Shown: in pieces, positions 1 through 10,559 of the stretch | How the letters are laid out: every line of letters starts with the position of its first letter | Numbering within the stretch: position 1 is the stretch's first letter | Assembly: GCA_013239625.1 (NCBI GenBank) | Contig: MU053934.1 | Span: forward strand, 10,579,003-10,643,002 | Origin: Lama guanicoe | Taxonomy: Eukaryota | Length of the DNA: 64,000 nt | Reading direction: 5' to 3' | Notes under the pieces: model-generated | What the model was told of the DNA's origin: nothing | Seen by the model: only the letters and a program-made list of their open reading frames with translations | Databases searched by the model: none | Translations under genes and position numbers: made by a program

Positions 1-104
1 TAGTCGGGTGGGACTCGGGTCGGACTTCTGTCCACAAAGCTGTAAAGTAATCAGTATGTGTTGTTTTTATGTCCCTAAGTGTGTCACGATCTGTGCCAGC
101 GGCG

Positions 105-262
105 ACAGAAAACACATGCAGCTTCTTAAAACCCAGGTGGCCAGGCCCACCGCTGGGCTTCCCATCCCGCAGCGGGGAGGGGCCTGGGGGTCTGCGTTTC
201 TAATGTGCTCCTGGATGATGCTGCTGCCCTGGCCCGGGAACCCAGCTTTGAGAAGCGCTGCC
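105..262. mobile_element. MER5A-like hAT-Charlie DNA transposon relic
   Basis: gcagcttcttaaaacccag...ggggcctgggggtctgcgtttctaatgtgctcc...ctttgagaagcgctg follows the remembered MER5A consensus order. Confidence 0.7.
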
Positions 263-2577
263 CCAGAGGAAAGGAAGGAAGCTAGAGAGGGGAGTCACGC
301 CCCGGTTTCGGGGAAGGAGGGGGGTCTGAAGTTATCTCTTTGGCTGACAGCTGCCCCCCTAAGGCTGGGCTGGGATGTCAGGGTCCACACATGCACAATA
401 TGGACCAGTGTTGCTGGAGGGCCCCAGCCAGGACTCGCAGGCCGGGGCCCTAAATCAGGAGCAGGAGCGACTTAGTCGGCCCGGAGGACGGTCAGCTCCA
501 GGGCAAGGGCAGATCTGGCGCCTCTGTATCCGGGGGCTTTGCTGAGGCCACAAGCATGAACGAATGAAGCTGTCAGTATCTCAGCAGAGAGAACAGGGTG
601 TCTGGTTGTAAGGACCCGGCAGACACTGGGCAGAAAGCACACCGTAGGCAGAGGCGTGGCTCCCTGGCCCCTGGCATTTCATCTGTAACGTGAGGTGCAG
701 CTCAGCCTCGTACCCCAGACCTGCCAGGGTGTGAGGACACTCAGTGTGGGAAGGGGGCTGCAGGCGTCTGTAAATAATGAAGCCCCCCAGAGGGGAGTGA
801 GCTGCCCACGGCCTCACAGAGACAGGTGGCAGGGCTGGGGGCTCAGGCCGGGCTGCTGGACCCCCAGGCCTACCTTCCGGCCATGCCGGCAGCCTCGAGA
901 CAGTGACAGAGGGGACGAGTTTGGCTGCAGACTCACACACTTCATTCCTGTCTCCTGCTGGCCTCGTTCCCTCCCAGCTCCGTGCTGCTGGCAGTGGATT
1001 TATATATAACAGGGTGTCCGCCCCCTCCCAGTCCATTCCAGCCGCAGCCTCTTTGAAGGCAAAATAGATTCCAGAATGATCGCTCACTAAGAGACATTCA
1101 TCAGTGAGATGTCCTCCATAAAACTGAAATATCATAAAATCGTACACACGTGGGCCGGGGGCTGGACAGGAGCCATATTTCAGCAGGAACACGGCCCGTG
1201 CAGAATACAAGCGCCTGTTTTTGATAAATTAGACCCCAGTTTACACTGTTGCTAGCTTGTTGGAGAGAGTGAGATGGCCATTCAATCAACATTCTGGCTC
1301 CCGGGGCGGCGGGGACAGCAGCTCATCCCCAATCAGTCATCGGCACGGCCTCGGGCTGCGCTCTCCGAAGGGCCTGGGCCCGCTCTGGGCACCTGGGAGA
1401 GCTCTGCTCGGAGCAGGGAGTCAAGGAGACGGATGAAGCCCAGGAAGTCTGCAGTCATGAGCTGAGAGCAGGCACGTGTGTGCGATCCCATCACTCTTCT
1501 GCACCTCGGCCTCTCTGCCCGCATCCTGGGGCCTCTGCTGGCAGGGAAGTGATGCTGGCTTCTGTCCAGGCATCCCGGATGTGTCTGTCGGCTGATAGAT
1601 GGTTACAGCCACGCGGGCCCTGAGTGCTGCTGGGCAGTGAGGGGGACAGGGATGGTCAGAGGGGGCGGTAAGGAGAGCGCCCCAGCACGCCCCCAGCGAC
1701 AGCCTGTGTCCCCCATGGGGCGCGCACTAGGTCTGAAACGCAGAATGTCCACCTCTCTGCTCTGCAGACGAGGAGGCGCCTCGCAGGAGTGGGCTGCAGT
1801 CACACCTGTGTCAGGCAACTTTGCGGTTCAGACCCAGGTCTTCCTTCCTGAAACTGGTGGCCAAACTCTTCAAAGCAGCAGACAGTCACTCCAACCTTGG
1901 CTGAGCCACCGTTTAGCGATGGTGCCGTCGCGTGGCCCCAGACCTAGGTGCAGCCGCTGTGGGAGTCACAGCGATGCTATGAAACTGGCCGTGGGGCGGC
2001 CAGTGAGCGCCTCGCGGACGCAGTTCCTGCCCCTCAGCCCTTGCAGAGAGGTGAGCCCACTGAGCCACGGCAGAGGCCCGGAGCGGGCGGTGAACTTGCT
2101 GGGGTGGTCACAGGCAGATAGCAGGTCCGTCTGGGGACCTGGCTGGCTAATAGAACTTTCTGTGCCTCTCTGCGCTACGGCTGCCACCGCTGGGCCCAGG
2201 GGGCCCGTGGACCCTGGGGGTGAGGGCCAGCCGCTCTCCCCGTGACCTGGTCTCCATGTGCCAGTGGGGCGGGGACTGTGAGCACCCAGCTCCCAGGATG
2301 CAGACCCCGCCCCTGCACCGGAGGGGTGCCGGGCACACGGCCAGCGCTCCACGGGCGCCTGTCACCTCCGCTCCCGGCAGGCTTTATGGGCGTCACCTCA
2401 GTGTTGCCTGACACACGAACGCATGACGGTCCTGAGAAGTAATGACTTGTTACCGTGAGAAGCAGACCTCGGAGGCACGAGGATTTCTCGCCCATGGATG
2501 CCCCGGCGCCACACCTGCTCCGGCCAGGACATCAGAATAGGCCAAGCGGGGCTGGGCAGGGAGCTGAAGAAGTTGCA

Positions 2578-2732
2578 TTGTTTTAACTGAAGTCTTGTCA
2601 GTTGACTATGCTGTGACACTGTCTGGTGCACGCGTCATGCTTTGATCACACACACACATACATACGTTGGTTTTCACATTCCTTTTCATTATAGGTTATT
2701 ACAAGGTATTGAATGCGGTCCCTGTGCTGTGT
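2578..2732 (-). mobile_element. Short LINE-1 3' end, camelid/cetartiodactyl type
   Basis: ttttaactgaagt...ttttcattataggttattacaaggtattgaatgcggtccctgtgctgt is the reverse complement of a young artiodactyl L1 3' tail. Confidence 0.75.
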
Positions 2733-2997
2733 CCGCTCACCCTCTACGCAACGAGGAACGCAGTGCTCCCGCGGCCCCCGACCGGGCCCAGGTCCCCTTT
2801 TGCCGGCCTCTCCTCCTCCAGCCCCTCCTGGGGGTGAGCCTGCCTGGCCCTCTGCCCTTGTCCCCCCACACTCTGTCACTCTGCCTCCCTCACAGGGACC
2901 CTCAGGACGAGGGCCAGCCCTGACCACGGCCCTGTGCTCCACGCTGCCCTCCAGCGGTGCGTCTCCCGGAAGGGCACCCCCGCGCCCTGTGACAGGT

Positions 2998-3350
2998 CCG
3001 CGTCAGTCTGCCTGGGCCGTTGTCTCCAAAACACAGACCAGGCGGCCTAGACAACGGACGCTCGTTTCTCACGGGTCTGGAGGCTGGGAGTCCAAGGTCA
3101 AGGCGCTCTGATTCTGTTTCCGGTGAGGCTCTCCCCGGCTCCAGGCAGCCTCCTCACCAGCTGTGTCCTCACACGGTGGAAAGAGAAGGCTCTACTCTTT
3201 TCTTCTTGTAGGGGCACTAATTCCATCTTGGGGGCCCCACCTTCATGACCTCGTCACCTCCCGATGTCCCCACCTCCAGACACTGTCACACTGGGGCTTA
3301 CGGCTTCAACACATGAATTCCAGGAGGACCCTAACGTTCAGTCTGCGACT
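2998..3350 (-). mobile_element. MLT1A-like (ERVL-MaLR) solo LTR
   Basis: tttctcacgggtctggaggctgggagtccaaggtcaaggcg, ggcactaattccatc and ttcaacacatgaatt are typical MLT1A antisense motifs. Confidence 0.85.
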
Positions 3351-5559
3351 GGTCCATGAAGCTCCTTTCCATCCCCTTGAAGGAGACCCCCAGCATCTGT
3401 CCTTCTGTCTCGTGGGGGCTGTCATGGCTGTGACCTCTGCCGTGGTCACCGGGCCTTCACCCGCATCCCCCACCCCTCCAGGCGCCCACTGGACCAGAGT
3501 GCACATGGGTTCAACACTGTGAGACTCCGGGTCCCTGGGCGCCATGTGCTTCACCGGCATCCACACCGGGCAAAGGGCAGGAGTCCTGACCTCTCCAGGT
3601 CCTGACTGGGCAGGTAGCCATGTGCCCTCTATCCAGGGCTGTGGGAGGCGATGGGCTGAGCGATGACAGATGGCGTGGTCACCACATGCCTCGGAATTTC
3701 TGGCTGAGGCTCTGGAAGGGGAGAGGCCTCCGCCCTGTCCTGGCCACTGCCATCCTCCCGTCCAGCCTCTCCTGTGCGCATGTCACCCAGCAGGTGACTC
3801 TCACACTTGGCCTCCTGGTCCCTGAGCTCATGCCTGAGTCCCTCTGTCCACTCAGCCCTGGCCTCCCCTCCCCCTGGACGGCCCCAGACTTGCTCTGTCC
3901 CCTGATCTGTCCCTAACACCAGCTGGTGACCCATAGTTCCATATAAATTAGGCTTGACAGTGGGGTCTTCTCTGCCACTCAGCGTCTGGTTGCCGTTCCT
4001 CCGGCAAACACACCCGTACTTTCCAAGGGAGCCTCCCCAGCCCCACGCCCAGGCTCTGAGGTTCGGGGGAAGGGCTAGTCCTGGCATGGAGGAGGCACAG
4101 GGCCTCACATCTGAAGCCTTGGGCGCCCCACTCCTCCGGCCACAGAGGGATGGACAGGGAAGCCAGGTGCACTGAGAGGACTCAGAGAGACATTCCAGGT
4201 AGCTGGGTCTCCCTCTGGACTTGCTGTTAAGAGGAGGCTGACCAGCAGCTTGTCAGTAAAGCAGAGCCCACCCAGAGCACCTGACCTGAGACGCCTCCAT
4301 CAAGCCGAACCTGCAGCCTGCTCTACTTTTGGACTGTTCACTCCAGTGGCTCAACACCCTCCCTCGAGCTCAGGTGGCTCCCGCGGGGCTTTGCTTGCTC
4401 GCGCCTGCGTGAGGAGCATCAGCGCGCGTCACCTGCTCCGGAAACCGACCTTGGGACCCTGGCTTCTTTCCTCGCCTCCGACCCGCCAGGAGAGAGGTGG
4501 CGTCCCCACCGTGTGTGTCAGGGAGCCCTGCGCTGCTTCAGACTCGCATTAAGACCCCTTTCTTCCTGCGCTGGAGAAGCATCGGCCAGACTGCGCCTTC
4601 TGGGCTGAAAGGTTGACGTGAAGTGCGCACTTCATTTCGGCAGCCGGATGCACTGATCATACAGCCGCCAGTTATAACCGGCGTGAGCACGGGCGTCCTG
4701 GAAAATACATACCGTGGATGAGCGGCCAGACGCGGGGAGTCATCGTATTTCCCAACTTTTAAGCAAGTTTGGGTGCCAGGGTGCATGACCCCTAAGTCAA
4801 AGGGATGAAATGCATGCTTCTGGGGAGGGGTGGTGGCGCTGATGGTCTGTGAGCTTGGGGTCGAGGGTAGGGGACATATTTCTGTTGGAGAATGCCGGGG
4901 AAGCGATCAAGACGGAGCTGGTTACTCCTATAAAAACCGAGATGGGCCTGACAAATTGTCTTTAATAAAATGTTCTTGGAGGAGCATAATCAGGGAAAGT
5001 CAGGTCAAATGCTGGCAGCAACGTCAGATTGACACACACTTAGAGACACAAGTGATCACCTGCCCTTGCGGGGGGAGGCGGCGCTGGGTGTGCGGGCCCG
5101 TGTAGCCATGCACGGTTGAGTGCGTTGTGTGATTTTATGTGTGGAGGGTTGCCCAGAGCTGTGATGTGTGTGCACACCAGGGGCCCAGGCACTTGTGTGT
5201 GTGTGTGTGACAAATATCGGGGAGACCCCACGCCCACCCCCACCTGTGCACACTGCCCGCTCTCTCCCTGAAGTTGGAGGTGTCGGCTCAGCTGAAAGCA
5301 AGGTGAGTGTGTGGGAGGCTGTGTGTGCACGTGTGCAGGTGTGTTGTGCGTGGGTGCCTGTGAGTGAGTTTGATGAGGGTGGGGGGGCCTGTGACCGCCC
5401 GTCCGTGGGGATGTCAGCACGACCTCAGCCGGATGGCGCAGGAGGAGTGGCAGCCAGACATCAGTGCTGTCCAGGGATGCGGGGAGGGGGCCGAGACGGG
5501 TGGGGCAGTGTGGATTCAGGTCCCGGTGCCACCAGATGGCACGGACCTCCAGGGAGAAG

Positions 5560-5766
5560 GGCAGCGGGGAGGCCGGAGCCCAGCCGGTGCCTTCCCCTGT
5601 GCGGAAGCTGGAAGCGGAGGAGCGGGCCCAGCCGGAGCGGCGAGGCGGGGGGAGGGGGAATCCGCAGGCCTCGTTTTGAGAGGAAAGGAACCGAGTTGAA
5701 GTTCAGGCATTTTTTGCTCCTTGTCTCTTTGGGGGATAAGAGAAGCTGTGAAACGTGCAGGTAGGC
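5560..5766 (+). promoter_or_regulatory. Candidate CpG-rich promoter / non-coding first exon
   Basis: ETS core CGGAAG 5602-5607, G-rich Sp/EGR-like box about 5644-5658, GATAAG 5735-5740, splice donor CAG|GTAGGC 5758-5766. Confidence 0.3.
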
Positions 5767-7149
5767 GTGCGTCGTGTCGCGGTAATTTCTGACGGATGGC
5801 TTCTAGTATGGCAGGCACATAGAAGAGTTTAACAGCAACTACTTTACGCCGACATTATCTGCTGCTGGCAGAGCCTCTGGCGCCAGGGGAGAGCTTTGCC
5901 CTTAACCCCCCTCGGGCAGCCAAGGGGAAGCGTGGAACCAAGACTGGCGCCGTCTGGGATGGAGTGCCCGCGTGTGGCACGGCCTCTCCTCCTGCCCCAC
6001 CTGCCCTTAACTCACCCCACGTGGGTCAATGTCATCCTATGGGTCAGGCGGCGAACAAGTCACAGAGCCCACCGTCCACCGTCCACGGGGAGGGAGACAC
6101 AGCCCTCTAGCCATGAAAGCACCAGTTTCCCAGGGCACCCAGTGAAGGGGGGGTGTGTCCTTCCGCACAGCCCCGCGTCCTGCTCCGTGGGAGGTGGGGT
6201 GGGGAAGGGGCGATGCTGCTTTTACTCAGCAGGAACTCTGGATGAGTCTGCTGGGGCAGGATGTGCACATCCCGCTGGGCAGGGCAGGAGCAGACACCAG
6301 CTGGTCATTGTGTGACTGAAGAGAAAGAGCTCGCCTGAAAGGTGGTGAGACCTAGAGCTGGAGGTGGCAGTAGTCTCCAGGCTCCACAGTGTCACGCTCC
6401 CACGGCTCCTTGTGGGCTGTGAGCGGGTGTGCGGGGGCCGCAGGGGCTCCCGACTCTGCATGTAGCAGGTGCTTGGACCGCACCGCTGTGCGCAGGAGTG
6501 TGAGCGCAGAGGCAGCGGGGGGCTGGGGAGCTCCCGGAGGGGCAGGGAAGCCTTCCTGACATCTGAGCTCCTCACGGAGGTTGTGATGACACACAAATCC
6601 GAACCGCCTACAGATCAGAACTAATAAGAGAGCTCGTTGATCACATTTTCCAGCCACCGAAGCTCCATTCCGCGCTCCTTTGAATCTGTCTTTTGATCCT
6701 CATGCACGTTTTTGATTTACACTTTTTCGCCCCTTTCCATTTGCACTCTGTGCGTGGTGGTCGAATCTCTGAAGTCTGGGTCTGTTCTGTCCTCCTTGTT
6801 TTGCTTCTTGCTGGGTTTTGCTCTGTCTGGGTGACTTGTTCATCCCTGTGGTTGTGCAGGTTTTAGTTACAAGCTCAAAATGGCTTGATCTCTACTGTGG
6901 GAGCCCAGGGAGGGGTCTGTCTGCGGACGTGAAGGGGCCTTGCATTCTTGGGTAGGCTTTTCTCTTTCCATCAAGAGCAGGGCTGAGAAAGACACCTTTG
7001 CTGCTTCCTTCAGCAGGAGTCCCCCTCCCCGCCCCCACCCACACCCCCACCAGCTCCTCTTCTTTCCAGTGACCTTCCTGAGTCTTGGCTTCGTGTGGGA
7101 TGATTTCCAGCCCAGCAGTCAGTGTCCAGGAAAGGTGTGTTAGCATTTC

Positions 7150-7295
7150 CCGGCCTGACTGTAGACCTGTTAGTTTCTTCTTGTGTTAGGTCTATAATTG
7201 CCTTATGCATTTTTAAGCTTGATTATTATGTGCATACAAATTTATAATGTTTATATCTTCCTGATGAAACACTTAGTATTTTCACCCTCTCACTT
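7150..7295 (-). mobile_element. Old LINE-1 ORF2 (endonuclease region) fragment
   Basis: tgtgcatacaaatttataatgtttatatcttcctgatgaaac resembles the antisense endonuclease region of old L1M families. Confidence 0.6.
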
Positions 7296-7820
7296 TTCAT
7301 CCAGGGAGGTGGCATGAAATATGGCAAGTGGGTCTAACCCGAGCTCCATGGGGGAGATACTGTGTCCTTCGGTGGGTTTTCTGGGCCCAGGCCCTCGGTC
7401 TTGCTCCCTTGAGGGCTCACCACCCACACAGCCACACCTGTGAGCTGTGTGTTTACAAACAGCCTGTCTCCTGGAAATAAATCTTTGTACTTTCCCTGGG
7501 AAATATAGCCTATAAATCACTGTGACATTTGCGATGAGGCTCCCCTGCTCCCGCCCCTCTGCTTCTCCGGGTAGGCCCCCCACGCTTGCTGCAGAGCCTG
7601 GGTGGTGGCCAAGGCAGGCCGTGCTGGATGATGTAGGGACAGTCAGTTCAAGATGAAATCAGTGGCAATTTCAGATGTCAGCTTTGTCACCATGGACATG
7701 ACCTGGCACTGCAGTGGCGGGAAGGATGACTCTGTAAAATGTTAAATATGTGAGTTGCTTTCTATCCGTCCCAGCCTTGGAAAGCCTCGGGTGTCACAGA
7801 CTGCGTTTGCCTGGCAGGGC

Positions 7821-8413
7821 TGAGGTGGTAATTTCACACGTCCACTTGGCTGGGCTTCGGTGCCCACTTATTTGGTCAAACACCAGTTTAGCGGTTGCTG
7901 TGAAGGTATTTTTCTGATGTGATTAACAATTAACTCAATAGATTTTGAGGAAAGCTATTACTCTCCATGATGTGAGTGGGCCTCATCCAATCAGTATAAA
8001 GTCCTTAAGAAAATACCGAAGTCCCCTGAAGAGGAAGGATTTCCACCTCTGGATTGCTGCTGATTCAAGACTGCAACACTGACTCCTGCTGGAATTTCTA
8101 ACCTGGCCGGCCTGCCCTGCAGAAGACTCAGATGTGCCAGCCACCATAGTCACAGGGACTGATTCTTTAAACTCAATCAAACAATCAATCAATCTCTACC
8201 TATTGACAGATAGGTAGGTAGATAGATCATCTGCGTTTGTGTTCGTCAGGGCTCTCCAGAGAATCAGGACCAATGAGAGAGATAAATAGAGAGATAAATG
8301 ATAGATTGACTTATCTTGTTGGACAGATAGATAGATCCAGTAGATCTAATCCAAGAGATCTATCTATCCATCCATCCTATCGGTTGCTCCTCTGGAGAAC
8401 CCCAGCTAATATA
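7821..8413 (+). mobile_element. MLT2 (MLT2D-like, ERVL) solo LTR with internal GATA/TCTA microsatellite
   Basis: tttggtcaaacaccagtttag...gttgctgtgaaggtattttt, gtgggcctcatccaatcag, and 3' end tctggagaaccccagctaatata. Confidence 0.9.
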
Positions 8414-8559
8414 AATGCAGATGATTGGTGCTAATTTTAAAGTTTTGCAATGAGACAGCTTGAAGAAATCACATTTTACGTAATTCACTAAAGGCCATAT
8501 GACACCAGACTGAGACGGGAAAATGAAAGAACGCAAAGCACTTTTTATTGTGCCCTCTG

Positions 8560-8790
8560 TCCCCAGTGTCCTTCAAATCTACCACCTTGATCTTAGCAAA
8601 CTCTCACTGAAGGCCCCCCTACCCCCAGCTCCTGCTTCATATTCTTTAATGTACCACCACTCTCTAACATGCTTTGTGCCTACTTGGCTAAATTGCTTTT
8701 ATATGTTTCCCCAAGAGAAATGTAAGGACGAGTACCTGGCACATAGTAGAAGGTCAGTTAAATTTCTGTTGAAATTGATGAGTGATTGTC
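8560..8790 (+). mobile_element. L2 3' end relic
   Basis: agtacctggcacatagtagaaggtcagttaaatttctgttgaa matches the L2 3' terminus. Confidence 0.65.
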
Positions 8791-9611
8791 ATGAGAATGC
8801 TGTTACGGCTCAGGGAGTCAAAGTGTTGAGCGTCTTAGTTTGGGGGTCAGCCAGATCATGGTTTAAAGCCCAGCTCACTCGTGTCCTCAGTCACTTACCT
8901 TCCCTGTGTCTTCTTTTCCACCTGAATGTAACATCATCTACCACACTGGATGGGGTTCAAGTCCAAGCTACTACATACACATTTCATAGACACTTTTGTA
9001 CTCAGGTGATATTTACAACACATTATAAACTTTTCCTTTTCTCTTTTCTGCCAACCGTGGAAGGTCAGGGTGATGCATGTCGAACGCTCAGAGGATGCTG
9101 GTGAGTGCATATGTGCATGAAGGAACAGGTGAGCCAGCAGACTGCATGGCTCCTCTCCATCCATTTATGTAGGTGCAGGTTGCCCTGTGTGGCGATCCTC
9201 TCATCTAGGTCTTGGGTAAAACTCAATTTACGGAGGGACCAAGAGTCAAAATCCAAGTCAAACCTGTTTGGGCGCCAGCATTAAGTAACCAGGAAGTAAC
9301 ATTTTACACCATTTTCAAAGTGATCATTCAGTTTAATCCTCCCAAGGACCCATTAGCTGGATCTGATTATTGGTGTAATTGATTATTGATAGAGAACAGG
9401 AACCCAGGGCTATGTGGGCAGTAAATTAAGGGTCCCAGGGGAGCTTGAGTGTGGCCAGTATGGGGGGCAGGGGCTCCAGCTGGCACAGCCCTTTGCTCTA
9501 CAGGCTTCTTCAGGGAAAGAGGCATGACTGAAGGAGGAAGGATGTTCCAAGGGTGTGGCGCCTCTTGCCCGGATCTGAGGAGAGCTCTGCTGTGAGCAGC
9601 TGCTGGGAGAG

Positions 9612-9976
9612 AGCTATGGACTGAATGATCATGTTCTCCCCGGCTTCCCGAATCTTCATGTTGAGGTCCTAACCCTCAAGGTGAAGGTGTTAGGAAGTGG
9701 AGCCTTTGGGAGGTGACCGTGTCATGAGGGTGGAGCTTCACAAATGGAGTTAGTGCTTATATGCAAGGACGCAGAGAGCTATCTCACCCTCTTTCTGCCC
9801 CGTGAGGGCAGTGAGAAGACAGTCATCTGTGGACCAGGAAGCCAGCTCCCACCAGACTCCAAACCTTCCAGCACTTTGGTCCTGGGCTTCCAGGTTCTGG
9901 AGCTGTGAGATGTAAGTGCTCATTGTTTAAGCCTCCTGCTTTGTGGTGTTCTGGTACAGCCGCCCAAACCAAGACA
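9612..9976 (+). mobile_element. MLT1A-like solo LTR (copy 1)
   Basis: ctatggactgaatg...ggagcctttgggaggtga...ctgtgagatgtaagtgctcattgtttaagcc...ccaagaca. Confidence 0.85.
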
Positions 9977-10008
9977 GAAGGCGGTCTAAACTGAGGAGAA
10001 AAGGGACT

Positions 10009-10344
10009 TGTTGTGGAATAAATGTTTGTGCCCCCCATTCACATCTTACAGCTCTAACCCCGGTGTTGGAGATGGGGCCTTTGGGAGCTAATTAGGTTTA
10101 AATGAGGTTGTGAAGGTGGAACTTGCACGATGGCATTAGTGCCCTTACAAGGGGATGATGAGCCCAGTGCTCTCTCCCCTCCGCGTGAGGATACAATGAC
10201 ATGAGAAGACAGCCACCTGCAAACTAGGAAGCTGGCCTTCACCCAACACCAAGTCTGTCTGCACCCTGACCTCGGACTTGCCAGCCTTCAGAACGGTGAG
10301 AAATAACTTCCAATTGGTTAAGCTTGTCTGAGCTTGGTAAGACA
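10009..10344 (+). mobile_element. MLT1A-like solo LTR (copy 2)
   Basis: tgttgtggaataaatgtttgtgcccc...gatggggcctttgggagctaattagg...gccttcagaacggtgagaaataac...taagaca. Confidence 0.85.
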
Positions 10345-10559
10345 GGACTAGTGGATAAAAGAAAGAGAAGGTCCAAATAAAAGTGGGGGAGGAAGGAGAA
10401 AGGCAGATCTCCAGAGGAACAAACACTAGGCAATAACATCAGAAGAGGCCTCCCCAGGGCTGTGAAGCTACAGAAGCTACTCCGGCCCACTCTCTCCTTC
10501 TGATAGTGCTGGAAAAGTATGTCCCTTAAACGTGAGCGGCAAGAAGAGATTGTGGTTGA

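Noticed and set aside
4619..4634. Perfect 16-bp palindrome TGAAGTGCGCACTTCA (contains MRE-like TGCGCAC)
   Set aside because: About one such palindrome is expected by chance in 64 kb (64000/4^8), and there is no other support.
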